Origin: Anthoceros angustus
Taxonomy: Eukaryota; Plantae; Anthocerotophyta
Assembly (NCBI GenBank): GCA_010909165.1
Contig: VJWM01000389.1
Coordinates: forward strand, 1 to 23,995
Reading direction: 5' to 3'
DNA: 23,995 nucleotides
The translations under genes were made by a program, and so were the position numbers. Below, one piece after another: positions 11,889 to 22,629 of this stretch; position 1 is the stretch's first letter; each line of letters begins with the position of its first letter. The notes beneath the pieces were generated by a model, which saw only the letters and a list, made by a program, of their open reading frames with translations, made no database searches and had not been told where the DNA came from.

Positions 11889-12382
11889 ATGCTATTATCT
11901 TTACCTAACAATCTCTTTTTGCTGTATACCTTTGGCTTTTTATTTTACAGGAAAACGTCTTTTGAGTGATATGATCCTGCTAGCAATATGTCTTAGTGAT
12001 GGCCTGGATGGATATCTAGCAAGGCATAAAAATCACTACTAAATTTGGCAACTTTATGATCCATCCACCGATAAATTTTTGTAATTTTTGTGGCTATTGT
12101 TCTTATCAGCGAAGGTCGATTAATGCTTTGGCAAAATATCGCTCTGAGTTGTCGCGATATCGCAGTGATAATTTTTAGTACATCTTCTGCTTGATAAGCG
12201 TTTAGTCACTATCAATTTCGAGCTATTTGTGTGCAAAGTTACCACTTGTTTGCAGTTTATTGTGTTGATAGGGCTAACTTTACAGGCTAGAATTCTGATC
12301 CATTCTTTATTACTTTTATTCTACTAGGACTTTTATCTTTGTAGAGCTAGCCATTCCTAGAAAGAAAGAGACAGTAGGATAA
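11889..12382 (+). CDS. pgsA: CDP-alcohol phosphatidyltransferase (PgsA-like); frameshifted
   Basis: LPN near the N-terminus, SDGLDGYLAR...G...DP.TDK motif, RD and K.TT.LQ motifs, hydrophobic throughout; next to an npt2-type gene as in Chlamydia. Confidence 0.8.
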
Positions 12383-12948
12383 ATTTGGCCTTATTATGGC
12401 TGTCATGGAAGAGCAGTTAAAGGATCAGAAGCTAAAACCTATGGATCATTTTGATCTAAAAATGTAGGTAACTTTAATATTCTTGCTACCGATGGTTAAA
12501 GAAAATTCTTCTAACTTAAAAAAAGAGTACCTTTCCTCCGATTACTAGCCTTGAAACATTCCTTAAACCTCTACGCCTCTAGGTGGCCAGATTTTTCCTA
12601 AGCTTTTTATGAAGGTGCCTTAAAACCCTTGTCTTTACCTTCTTCTTGTGCACATTATTGAAGAATTCTAAAGCCCATGGCTTAATTTCTCTAAGGAGAA
12701 TTGGATTGTTTATCAGCTGATGTTAGAGCCCGATTGATAAAGCAAAAGAAAGTTTTAGAGATTCTCCTCTACTATGCTTTTGATCAACTCCTGTAATCGC
12801 TTACTCTATAAATACATCTCAAAGAGGCAGTTTTCAAAGGGTTGGGTATGCAGGCTTGTTTAAAGCGTAATCTTTAAGCTAGAGGTAAAAATTTAGAAAA
12901 ATTTTACCCAGCTGGATGCGATAAAGCAAGAAAAGCTTAAAAAGATTT

Positions 12949-12965
12949 AAGGAGAGGGTCTCCTT
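12949..12965 (-). terminator. Short hairpin after the ntt2-like gene
   Basis: AAGGAGA-ggg-TCTCCTT about 20 nt past the stop. Confidence 0.45.
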
Positions 12966-12983
12966 GTTTATCCTTTATGAAAG

Positions 12984-14521
12984 TTAGCCTGAGACTACAA
13001 TAGCTTTAGGTACTGCAGGCTGCGTTTGTGCAGGCTCAGAAGGTGCTTGATCTGCTTTGCTGTGTTTCTTGAGATCTTACTAGATCATTAAACTGACGAC
13101 CTAATGATCGACAAGCTACAAACCAAAAGATGATCACCACTAATAAAATAGCTACATATGGAGCACTCATGACTAAATTTCCAAAAAACATTAAAGTCCC
13201 TGATGAATTGGGATCCTCCTGATTTTCCGAGGCGAGAGCCACCGTCAATAGCTGCTTTTCAACTTACATTCATGGCTAAGTGGAATAAAAGCCGCCTTTT
13301 GTGTCAAAAGAGTATTTAGCAGCTTTACTTAGACAATTTTGGGCCGATCCAAAAACAGCAATAGCTAAAGGAGTAGTCCCTGTTAACATGATTACTGTAT
13401 CGGAAGATGGTTTTGAAAAACATAAAACAGAAAAAGCCGGCTGAAGTCACTAACATAGTTAATCTATGTCACTAAAGCTGTAATAGGTCCATCCAAAGCG
13501 GCTGATAAACTTAGCCATAAACAACGCATGACAAATGTTGAGACTACGCCTTGAATAGAAGTAGATTATTTATAAGTATTGTAATCTTTTGGACTGGAAT
13601 AAAGATACCTAAGCTGGTCTTTCCATACTACCTCACGAGGTTGATGACTAGATTATAAGAGACGACTAAAATAGCAATACAAATAAGGTACTTGAACGAT
13701 AAATAAGAAAAGCTTTCGCGAAGGGTTAAGCGTCCTTTTTCTTAATTTCACGTTTATTCATATGAAAATCATCAAGCTAGGGTCTACCAACACATAGCGG
13801 TTTACCCACCTAAAAGTGCACACATAGTAATAATGCCTGAAATGATCACTATGGTGGTTAACATCATGACTGATTTTTCCCAAGCATTATCTATGAACCC
13901 CATATGCTGAGAACAAAAGATGCCTAGGCTGACCAGCAGCTATCGCAGCAAAATTAGAAGCTATACCGAATGTTCCATAAAAGCGCCGGGCTTCATGAAT
14001 GCGTGTCACCTCGTTGGCAAATCCCCAAAATAAAACACTCATTATAGCAGTGCTCCAAAGTTCTGCTCCCACATAAAAGGTAGTTAAAAGCCAATGACGA
14101 TACATCGCTATCATTCCTTTAAAACCCGCAGGAAGAAGGCTTTGAAGATAATCTGCACTGTGGTTGAATTCTACCACTTCACGCAAAGGATAAAGAAGAA
14201 AAGCAAATAGTGCATAAAGATTAAGAAAGCTGAGATCATGATATAAAATACACGTTCTTGGCTAAAATGTTGGAAATTTTAGTAAAATAAGAGTAACCAC
14301 TACTGCCATAGGTAAAAGAACCCATACCTTAATAAATGGTAAGATCTCTGCCCCAGCGGCAGTAATCACCACCGCATCTTTCATGTTACGCAAGATTGTA
14401 TAGTTAAAACATATTAAGAACAGCATGAGAAGCATCGGCAGCATTTTTTAAGCTCATGCCGGTGAATAGGCCAAAACAAAGAACGAAGGGCGCCAAACTC
14501 AGGGTTAACTAATTGAGTCAT
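12984..14521 (-). CDS. Npt/TLC-family nucleotide transporter, NTT2-like; frameshifted
   Basis: EFGALRSLFWPIHRHELKK, FNYTILRNMKD, ILPFIKVW, ELWS...LFWGFANEVT..EARRFY, AVSKYS, AAIDG, SAPYVA. The NTT2 assignment rests on recalled similarity to Protochlamydia NTT2, not a computed alignment. Confidence 0.92.
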
Positions 14522-14622
14522 CACAACCTTTTGTAAATAAAAATTTTAACAAATTGATGATATACATTCAACAAGTAAAACTAAAATTAAAATATTAAAA
14601 ATTCATTTCTTTCTTAAAGAAA

Positions 14623-14659
14623 AGATAGCAACTTAACGTCATCAATCAAGTCGCTATCT
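14623..14659. promoter_or_regulatory. Intergenic hairpin between the two NTT genes
   Basis: AGATAGCAACTT...AAGTCGCTATCT, a 12-bp arm with one non-Watson-Crick position. Confidence 0.45.
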
Positions 14660-14711
14660 GAATTTAGAGAACAATAAAATAGCATATCGCCTATTTTTAG
14701 CAGCCTACATT

Positions 14712-16254
14712 CTAGCCGGCTTTTCTGTTCCTGCAGCTTTCCCTATTTGCTAAGGATATCACTTCAGATAAAGTATCTTTTCTTTCAGGCTTTTTAAGTC
14801 ATTTCATTAAAAAGCCCTAGCCTAACATACGTGTTGCCATCATCCATACAGCTATAACTGCAAATAGAACAAGAGCTACATAAGGCGCACTGGCAGTAAA
14901 TGTAGAAAAAGTAAGTAAAGTAAGGTTTGATGCAATAGAACCACTAGACTCCAAGCCTTGAGTAGACTCCATCAATAGCTGCCTTCTTCTTTAATTTCCA
15001 CTGGCTGATAGAGGAATAAAAGCCATTTCTTTGTAGCATGTACACAGAGTATTTAGCAGCACGACTAAGAATATTTGTACCGAACCAGCAAAGACTACTA
15101 ACATAAGTAGGAGTCATTCAGTTAGCACCATGACAACCTCTGCCAAATGTCCTTTCATGAAAAGAAAAAGAAAAACCCTAAAGAAGAGAATGATGGGAGT
15201 AACATGGCTGTAAAGGTCCATCCCAATGCACATATTCCCGGAAACAAACAAAGCACAAAAGTAGCAATAACTCCAATAATCGTAGAGATTTGCTGGTATA
15301 AAGACTGGTCACTGGATTAGGATACAGTCATGCACTTGCACTTTCCAGATCACTTACGTAAGGTTACATTCACTAAATTATAAGAAAGAACAATAATAGT
15401 ATGTAGATATTTTGATTTAGAAAGATAGGCAAAAGTTTGCCTTAATGATAGCTTTTTATCTTTAAGGTTTTTATCTTCCATGCACGGCTGCATCGTAGTA
15501 GAGAGGATCACTTAGTATACAGCTATTTAACCATCGAAATAAAAGATAGCCCCCAATCCTGATAAAAGGACCAGGAAACTAACATTAACAAGGATTGATC
15601 CCATGCATCTGTCCCATAGAATATTAGGATTATAAGTATGACGACTGATAAAAGACAGACACTTGTCCTGCCCACCCCTGAGAAATTAGTCTGATGCCAA
15701 AGAGACCATAAAACCTTTTAGCTTGCTCACGCGTGTCACTTGGTTAGCAAACCCCAAAACAGCACCGATAAAATGGCACTACTCCAAAGTTCAGACATTA
15801 CATAAAAATCAGAAAGTCCAATTGCGAAACATAGCAATCAATCCTTTGCAACCCAAAGGAAGGATTTGTTGCATTTTATCCAAAGAATGAGGATGCAAGA
15901 CTCACGAGCGGGATGAAGGATGAGAATGAATATAACAAAGTAACTTAAAAAGCCACCTATCATTATATAAAGACATTTTCTCGAGAAAAGCAACTAGAAA
16001 GACGGGTAAATAGGATAGTCATCAATATGGCACTAGGAAACATGACCTTACACTTTAATGAAGGGAATCACTGCACCCGAAGACTTAGCGTAATAACAAC
16101 AGTATCTTTAAGGTTCTTAAAATATTATAGTCAAAAGTAATTAAAAGAAAATTATAGCATCGGAACGAGCTTTCTAGCTCGTAATTATGGACGAGCCACA
16201 AATAGCTCCATTATTTACTAAACTCTGTTCATCTACCGCATTGGACCCTGACAT
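14712..16254 (-). CDS. Npt/TLC-family nucleotide transporter, NTT3-like; frameshifted
   Basis: TFDYNI..LKD, FSRENVFY, MSELW, FWGFANQVT, KRFYGLFG, SRAAKYS, KEMAFIPL, AAIDGV. The NTT3 assignment rests on recalled similarity to Protochlamydia NTT3. Confidence 0.92.
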
Positions 16255-16481
16255 GCAAAACCTTTATATTGAAGATATAGCTAATTTTTACGAGTGGAGG
16301 GGATTCTAAAAGAAAAATGTGACTCAAAAAGAATTTTGAGAATCGAAGAGCAAAGATTGAGGGAGAATACTTATCATATTCCTCAAGTTACATTATCTGC
16401 TGGCTTTCTGTAGGACTATTATAGAAAAGCTTACAAAAGTAAATTTTACATGTCATAAAACATTCTTTTTATTATTCAAGG

Positions 16482-16513
16482 AGTTTTTCCTCTAACCAAG
16501 AGGAGAAAAAACT
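16482..16513 (-). terminator. Inverted repeat downstream of pgk
   Basis: AGTTTTTCCTCT-aacca-AGAGGAGAAAAAACT about 40 nt after the pgk stop. Confidence 0.5.
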
Positions 16514-16553
16514 TAAGATATGATAATAACAGATAGAATGTAGATAGCAAGCC

Positions 16554-17716
16554 TTATGCATTAGAGAGCTTCTATGCCCGGTAGGGTACCTGATTCAAGG
16601 AATTTTAAAGAGGCTCCTGTAGGATATAAGTGATTTTTCCATCAGCCCGGCCTTTTGTAGAGCGGTATAGAATCCTCCTCCTACTAAAGTAGTTGCCGAT
16701 GAATGAGCCAACTTTTCTGCTATAGCTATTGTACCTTAGCAAACTTGATAGCTCAATGACACCTAAGGACCGTTCCAAAAATAGTAGCAGCCTGTTGAAT
16801 AGATGCAAAAAATTGTTGAATGGTTTTAGGGCCGATATCAAATCCCTGATGACCTCTAGGAATTCCTGCTTCGCTTGATATCGTAGACACATCAGCTGAC
16901 TTTTCCAATTGCTGAGCAATAATATGATCGCTGGTAAAACCACTTGTACCCTTTATCCGACTTTCATCTAAGATATCTTTTGCTATACCTACAAATTCTG
17001 GCTCATATAAAGAACTCCCGATAGTATATTGGGCTTTCATAAAAGTGAAAGCCATCGCCCCTCCAATTAAAAGAATGTCTACCTTATTTAACAAAGTTTT
17101 AAAAAGCCCTAGTTTGGTAGATATCTTGGCTCCTCCTATAATGGCGCAAAAGGTTTTTAGCATCTCTTATAAATTTTCTAAAATAGAATTTCTTTTTCCA
17201 TAAGAAAGCCATGGCTGCTTGTTGCGGGAAAAGCTTAGGCAGGTAATAAGTAGAAGTATGCTTGCGATGAGCGGTGCCAAAAGAACATCTACATAGGCAT
17301 CCCCTAACTTTGACAGCTGCTGGGCAAAAGGAATTATGCTCAGGTATTCTTCGGCACGATAAAAACGAAGATTTTCTAATAACATTACCTCAGCAGGCCC
17401 CAGTTTTGTGTACTTGCGCTTCAACGCTTCTACCTACACAGTCAATTGCCATATGTACTGACCGATTAGCGTAGACAAGTGTTTAGCACACGGCCCTAAA
17501 GAAAATTAGAAATTTTGGCCATTAGGTCGTCCTAGGTGGCTCATTAAAACAATGCTCCGCCTTGTTTAAGAATATATTCAATAGATGGCAAAGAAGCTTG
17601 GATGCGTGTATCATCGATAATCCGACCTAAAAGGGATCCAGAGGAATATTAAATCCACTCGCATTAAGATCTTCTTGTGGTGACTTGAAGATTTTAAGAG
17701 AAAGCTTTATCGACAT
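16554..17716 (-). CDS. pgk: Phosphoglycerate kinase; frameshifted
   Basis: LMRVDFNIP, DDTRIQASL, LMSHLGRP, LLENLRFY, IIGGAKIS, LIGGAMAFTF, FDIGPKT, LPGIEAL. Confidence 0.97.
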
Positions 17717-17824
17717 GCAATTCCTAGCATAATGTAATTAGGTTAAATGTCTTCAAAAAAATTTAACAGTATGCTCATAATATAAGGAAAAAGTGTCAAT
17801 ATTTAAAAACCTTTGAAAATTTGA

Positions 17825-18443
17825 ATGAATTTAGAAGAGTTAAGAGCAGAGTATGCAAAAAGTTTTAAACGCGAAGACCTCATGGCTAATCCCAAAACAA
17901 TTTCAAGCTTGGCTAGAAGAAGCTTATACTTTTACAAATTTTAGAACCTAATGCCATGGTCCTTGCTACCTGCTCAAAGCCGGCCTTCCTTCTATACGTA
18001 CAGTGTTACTTAAAAGTTGGACGAGAGGCTTAACCTTTTCACCAACTATGAAAGCCGTAAAGCTCAAGAAATCACTGAAAATCCTCAAGTATCGGTTATC
18101 TTCTTGTGGAAGGAATTGGAGGCAAGTAATTATTCAAGGATTAGCAGAAAAAACTTCGCGAAAAGTCTCGATGAGTTATTTTGATAAACGTGTCAAAGCC
18201 AATTAGGCGCTTTAGGCCTCCCATCAAGGAAGTATTCTTCCTCCTGAAAGATTTTAGAAGAAGAATATGAACGTTTTACTGATGTATGAAGGCCTTAAAA
18301 TACCGTGCCCAGATAAATGGGGTGGTTTTATTATCAAGCCTTATTACTATGAGTTTTGGCAAGGAAGAACTAATCGATTACATGATCGTTTTAGCTATCA
18401 CTTTGCAGAACAAATATGGCATATTCAACGTTTATCCCCTTAA
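17825..18443 (+). CDS. pdxH: Pyridoxine/pyridoxamine 5'-phosphate oxidase; frameshifted
   Basis: LRAEY, EPNAMVLAT, RTVLLK, FTNYESRK, RQVIIQG, WGGF, EFWQGRTNRLHDRF, ends RLSP-stop. Confidence 0.95.
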
Positions 18444-18901
18444 AATATCTTGTAATTAATAATTTCTTTTTTGCCTCCCCACCGCCTCCGTCCTACTTAA
18501 AATTAAATGGATAAAATTTATAAGCTAGAATTTACTGCAATTTCTCGTAGACCTGATTTTCATCTGCTTGAATATTCAAGAAGTTTTTAGCTATTGCACT
18601 TGCTTTAAAAAAATGCCTTTGGGTAGCACTTTTAGAAGAAAACACAAAGATATAGGGCTTAACGCTATCTATGAATAAAGCCGAAACTTTGGAAAGTGGT
18701 AGAGCCTAATATCCATGCATCTAAAAATGCTGATCTAGCTTAAATTTTTTATTATCTTCTATGAAATTAAAAATTTTGAAAAGAAAAGATTTATATTAAC
18801 AAAATTCAAAAATTAAGGTATAGACCTATTTTCTTCTCGCCTCTAGTGAATTTTAAAAATTCTATTAAGGAAAACAAAATTTTATACTGAGGATCTTGCT
18901 A

Positions 18902-20772
18902 ATGATAAATGCCTCTTCTTTCTTCTCGCTCTTCTTTACCTACGCTCAGAAAAGTTACTGACGTTTTTCTGTATTTTGCTGGGGTTTTCTTTAGGCTCTC
19001 CTCTTGAAGCTACCTATATTCTACGTTATACCACCACCGATAATGGGGAATCACTTACAGGAAATACATCGGTCTTTCTAGTATCTACAAGAAAACAATC
19101 CTGGCACAGATGATTCTATTGGCGCCTTTTTATCACTACAGATCCTACCAAGCAAGTAGGAACTCCACCTCATGGCCCTTATCCCTAGGAATTAGTCCAC
19201 CCGCCATGACTTTAAATTACCTTGAAAACAGCTCTTCAGCAATCCTTGATCTACTCCCAGGTAGTACTGTCCTCTATGCCGAATTGGTATGGGAGGAAGT
19301 TATGGTTTCTGGGACACCCCTTTACCTCCTTTACCTAATGTAGCTATCACCTGACTACTCCCCAACAAATCAGTTACACGATTACAGCCGATCCAGCCAC
19401 CAGCCAAGAAGCTATCACACCTGGTTACACGCAATCAGGAAACTATGTAAGAAGTGCCGATGTAACCTCCATTATTCAAGATGCAGATGGCCCATATATA
19501 GCAGGTGGAATATATGGAACCATAGTAGCTACAGATGACACTCATAACAGTGCCGGATGGACGTTGGCCGTCGTCTATGCCAACAACTTTAATGCTGACC
19601 CATAACATGACACTTTTGTAGGCTGTGAGCAAGCCTCGAGAACCATTAATCCTGTAGAGGTGTCGGGTTTTGTGCTCCTCCTTCCGGCGTACTCTCTGGA
19701 AGGCTTTATTAGCGCAATTGAAGGGATGTTAATAAAACAGGTGATTGCCTGCTCTTGCAAAAGTTTACCTCACTCATCGCAGCCAATTCTTTCAGGGTTA
19801 ATAATCCCTCAACAATTTTTTTGCCTCTCAAATTAACACCTGACTTCCTCTTGAGCTAGATCCTATTCATAATAAATACGTAGCCGTAGGCTCTTCTCAA
19901 TTGGATGAAAGAGGTAGCTATGGAAATTTGAACGCTGATCCCTTTAATAATCTCAATAAATCGGTGGTAGGCAGGGATATGATATTACAAGCATAGATGT
20001 TTCTCATGCTATTACCTATAATCAAAAAGGCCTATGCTTTAGGTACGACTACATCGGATGATTATACAGTCAACGCCCTGGGCTTACAGATTCAAGTAGG
20101 AGCACCCATTATAAACTCGAAAAACTGTCAACCGTGCAGTCCATAAGTTCTTCTCTTGGAGAAAGTTACTTTTCTATCCGACTTGAAAATACTGGAACAA
20201 GTGACGCCTTATCTGTAAATTTTAAGGATGTGTTGCCCACGGTCTCTATGTTGTGGGTAGTTTAAAATTGAATAGCCTACCCATTAGCCCTGATCCTGAC
20301 CTTACTCAAGGATTTTTATTGGAGATATGCTTGTCGGTCAATTAAACACGATCGAATTTGAAGCCACATTGCTAGCTATCCTCCTAACGGCAATATCTAT
20401 ACAATAAATCTTAGTTGATTATCAATTTGCAACCTGTGCGGGCAATAATTTTGACCTGTCTGCTCAATCGAATGAGGTCTCTATCTACCCTACAGATCCT
20501 CCTGTCCCTACTGCTGCCGCCTCCTTAAGCAAGTGTAAATACTTACGAACTGAGTACCCGCTAGAGATAACATGGATATCCCCTCACCTTATGTAACTCT
20601 CTATCGTGTCTATCACAAAGGGATTCTTACGGCGCAAATTCCGGCTAGCGCTCCTTTAGTCTATAAAAAATGTTGCAAATCTAAAAAATCTGCAGAAGGC
20701 TATGCAATTGTTGCAGTATATGCAGGCAATAAAGAAAGCATTCCAACTAAAATAAGGATCACTCATGAATAA
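18902..20772 (+). CDS. Secreted or surface protein: signal peptide, DUF3344-like N-domain, DUF11 (CnaB/Ig-like) domain, Pro linker, FN3-like C-terminal domain; frameshifted
   Basis: Signal peptide KLLTFFCILLGFSLGSPLEA; TYILRYTTTDNG; SIGAFITT; NSSSAILDLLPGSTVLYAELVW; YVRSADVT; AGWTLAVVY; FFASQIN; RQGYDITSIDVS; DUF11 motif IRLENTGTSDALSVNFKDVLP at ~20175-20240; DPPVP linker; C-terminal W...YRVY...YAIVAV...ES.P pattern (ORF 20572-20772). Confidence 0.8.
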
Positions 20773-21324
20773 AATTTATATAGGAATCGCATGCCTTTCC
20801 TTCTCAGCATAGGAGAGCTACATGCCTGATAGAGGAGCAGCCAATGACCTTAGAAATCCGTCTCCGGTGCGTTTATTCATGCTAATAAGCTTTAAAAACT
20901 TTATGGGAATATAGGCACAAGCTATCAAATAGAAGCTTCTCTTCCTCTCCTCCTTTTGAATATCTAAGGGTTGGAGCAATTTTGACTATTTCTCTAACCA
21001 TAGTAGAGTTCATAGAGATAGATGTTGTGGCAAAAGTAAAGTAGAGATCCTCAAATTAGCTTTGAATAAAATATATTTATCCGTTCGGGAGTTTCTCGAC
21101 GGATATGTTGGAATAGCCTAGCTTTTCAAGGATTAATGTGACTAATAAATCCTGTTGCCTATGAGAAGGTTTCAAAGTTTGCCGTAGGAGGCATATTAAA
21201 ATCAGGTATTTATTATTCAATGAGTGAACGCATCTTTATGGATGTATTCATTGACTATCTCTACCAGCCATTTTAAAAATATCGCAATGTAGGAACAGGC
21301 GCAGGATTTGGCTATAAGTTTTAA
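20765..21324 (+). CDS. Small outer-membrane beta-barrel protein (~190 aa, probably 8-stranded); frameshifted
   Basis: MNKIYIGIACL... signal peptide; amphipathic strands (SYQIEASL, KYIYPF, DGYVGI, GGILKSGIYY, IFMDVFIDYLYQP); C-terminal beta-signal GAGFGYKF-stop; ATG overlaps the previous gene (catGAATAA). Confidence 0.75.
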
Positions 21325-21617
21325 CTATACCGGTTAAAGAAATTATAGCTATATATTTTAAAAGTAAATTAAATTTATAAAAGCTGGTTCTCTCTCCTTA
21401 AAAACAGGCTTTATTAGGTATGTAACTCAAAGGGCTGCTCAACCTTCATATGCTTTAAACTATCCTTAGGCAATTCCATGTCCTAGGCAACCCCTCTCGT
21501 TAATTAGATAAGCAGCCTTTAGAGAACTGTATGCAGACCTAGTTTTTAAAGCATATCCTTGAATCTCTCTATAGATAAAAAGGCATCCGCATAAAAAATC
21601 CTTTTCCCATTAAAGAT

Positions 21618-21631
21618 TAGAGGTTACTTAA
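21618..21631. repeat. Probable left inverted repeat of the IS5-family element
   Basis: tagaggtta-cttaa matches the reverse complement of ttaagataacctcta at 23220-23234 except for one missing T. Confidence 0.55.
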
Positions 21632-22290
21632 CGCGAATTATCGGATAAGGAAAACAAAGAGGAAAACATCTATCGGTTACCTTTATAAATTCAAACTATT
21701 TAATTATACGCTTTCAAGCTACTTCTTATGCAATCCCGTACTTATAAAATTCCTTTTATTAAGTAGAGAGACAACTTTCAGAGGTTAGGTATGCAGACTT
21801 AGTTTTTAAAGCGTATTATTAAGGATAAAGGAGAAATTTTTGCTTATATGTTAACATCAGGAAATGTGGATGACCCAAGTCCGTGTCTCTGATCTATCTA
21901 AAGGATTTTGGCAAAATGTTTGCCGACGAAGGATCTATCCTCACTAAATGTTTATCAAGCTTTACAGCAAGGGCTTAGAAATTATTAATAGGCTTAGAAA
22001 GAATATGAAAACAAGCTAGTGTCATTGATAGATAAGATTATATTAAGAAAGCAAGGCATCATTGAAAATATTAACAATAAATTGAAAACTCTTGTCAAAT
22101 CGAACATTATCGACATCGCATTGCTTGCAATTTTTATCAATCTTATCAGCGGAATATTGACCTATGCTTACGAGCCCTGTAAGCTGTGCATTCAATGTAC
22201 TTACACGAAAAACAACAGTTAATGAGTTGGCTTACAGCTTAGGTATAATTGAAGCAGCCTTAGAGGGTTTTCTCTGATAACTCGCGTTAA
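21628..22290 (+). mobile_element. IS982-family element, internally deleted (C-terminal transposase part only, ~21821-22200)
   Basis: Terminal IRs ttaacgcgaattatcgga (21628-21645) and tctgataactcgcgttaa (22273-22290); transposase motifs LTSGNVDD, GKMFAD.G, RKNMK, DKIILRKQGIIE, QIEH.RHR, INLISG. Confidence 0.85.
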
Positions 22291-22364
22291 TCTATATTCT
22301 TAAAAACCTTGGAGGGTGCCCAGTGCTTTTAATGTTATAGTTATGAAGACATCTACCTTTTCAG

Positions 22365-22628
22365 CTATAGCTTGAAAACTGTTTACTTTTGCTGGAATGT
22401 TTTCTAGTAGATTCCGCTTTAGCTTAAAATTTAATAGTTTAGTTAGCTGCTCTATCTCTGCCGAAAGGGCTGCTAGTTGGTTGTCGCTTAAGTAGAGCGT
22501 CTGCAGCTTCGATAGCTTCCTATGCTTGCGGAAGAGTAGTTAGCTGCTTATCATATAGCCAAAGATATTGTAGCAGAGATAATCGCCTTATCTCTATTAA
22601 AATGAGGATAAGCTAGTTGTTGCTTAAG
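22365..22628 (-). pseudogene. 3' fragment of a 23-aa LRR protein gene, truncated upstream by the IS5 remnant
   Basis: LSLLQYLWLYDKQLTTLP and LSKLQTLYLSDNQLAALSAEIEQLTKLLNFKLKRNLLENIPAKV; no N-terminus because transposase sequence starts at ~22630. Confidence 0.8.
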
Positions 22629-22629
22629 C

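Noticed and set aside
16605-19760. ORFs 16605-16943 (-), 17274-17474 (+), 19435-19632 (-) and 19575-19760 (-)
   Set aside because: Off-frame or antisense shadows of pgk and the DUF11 gene.
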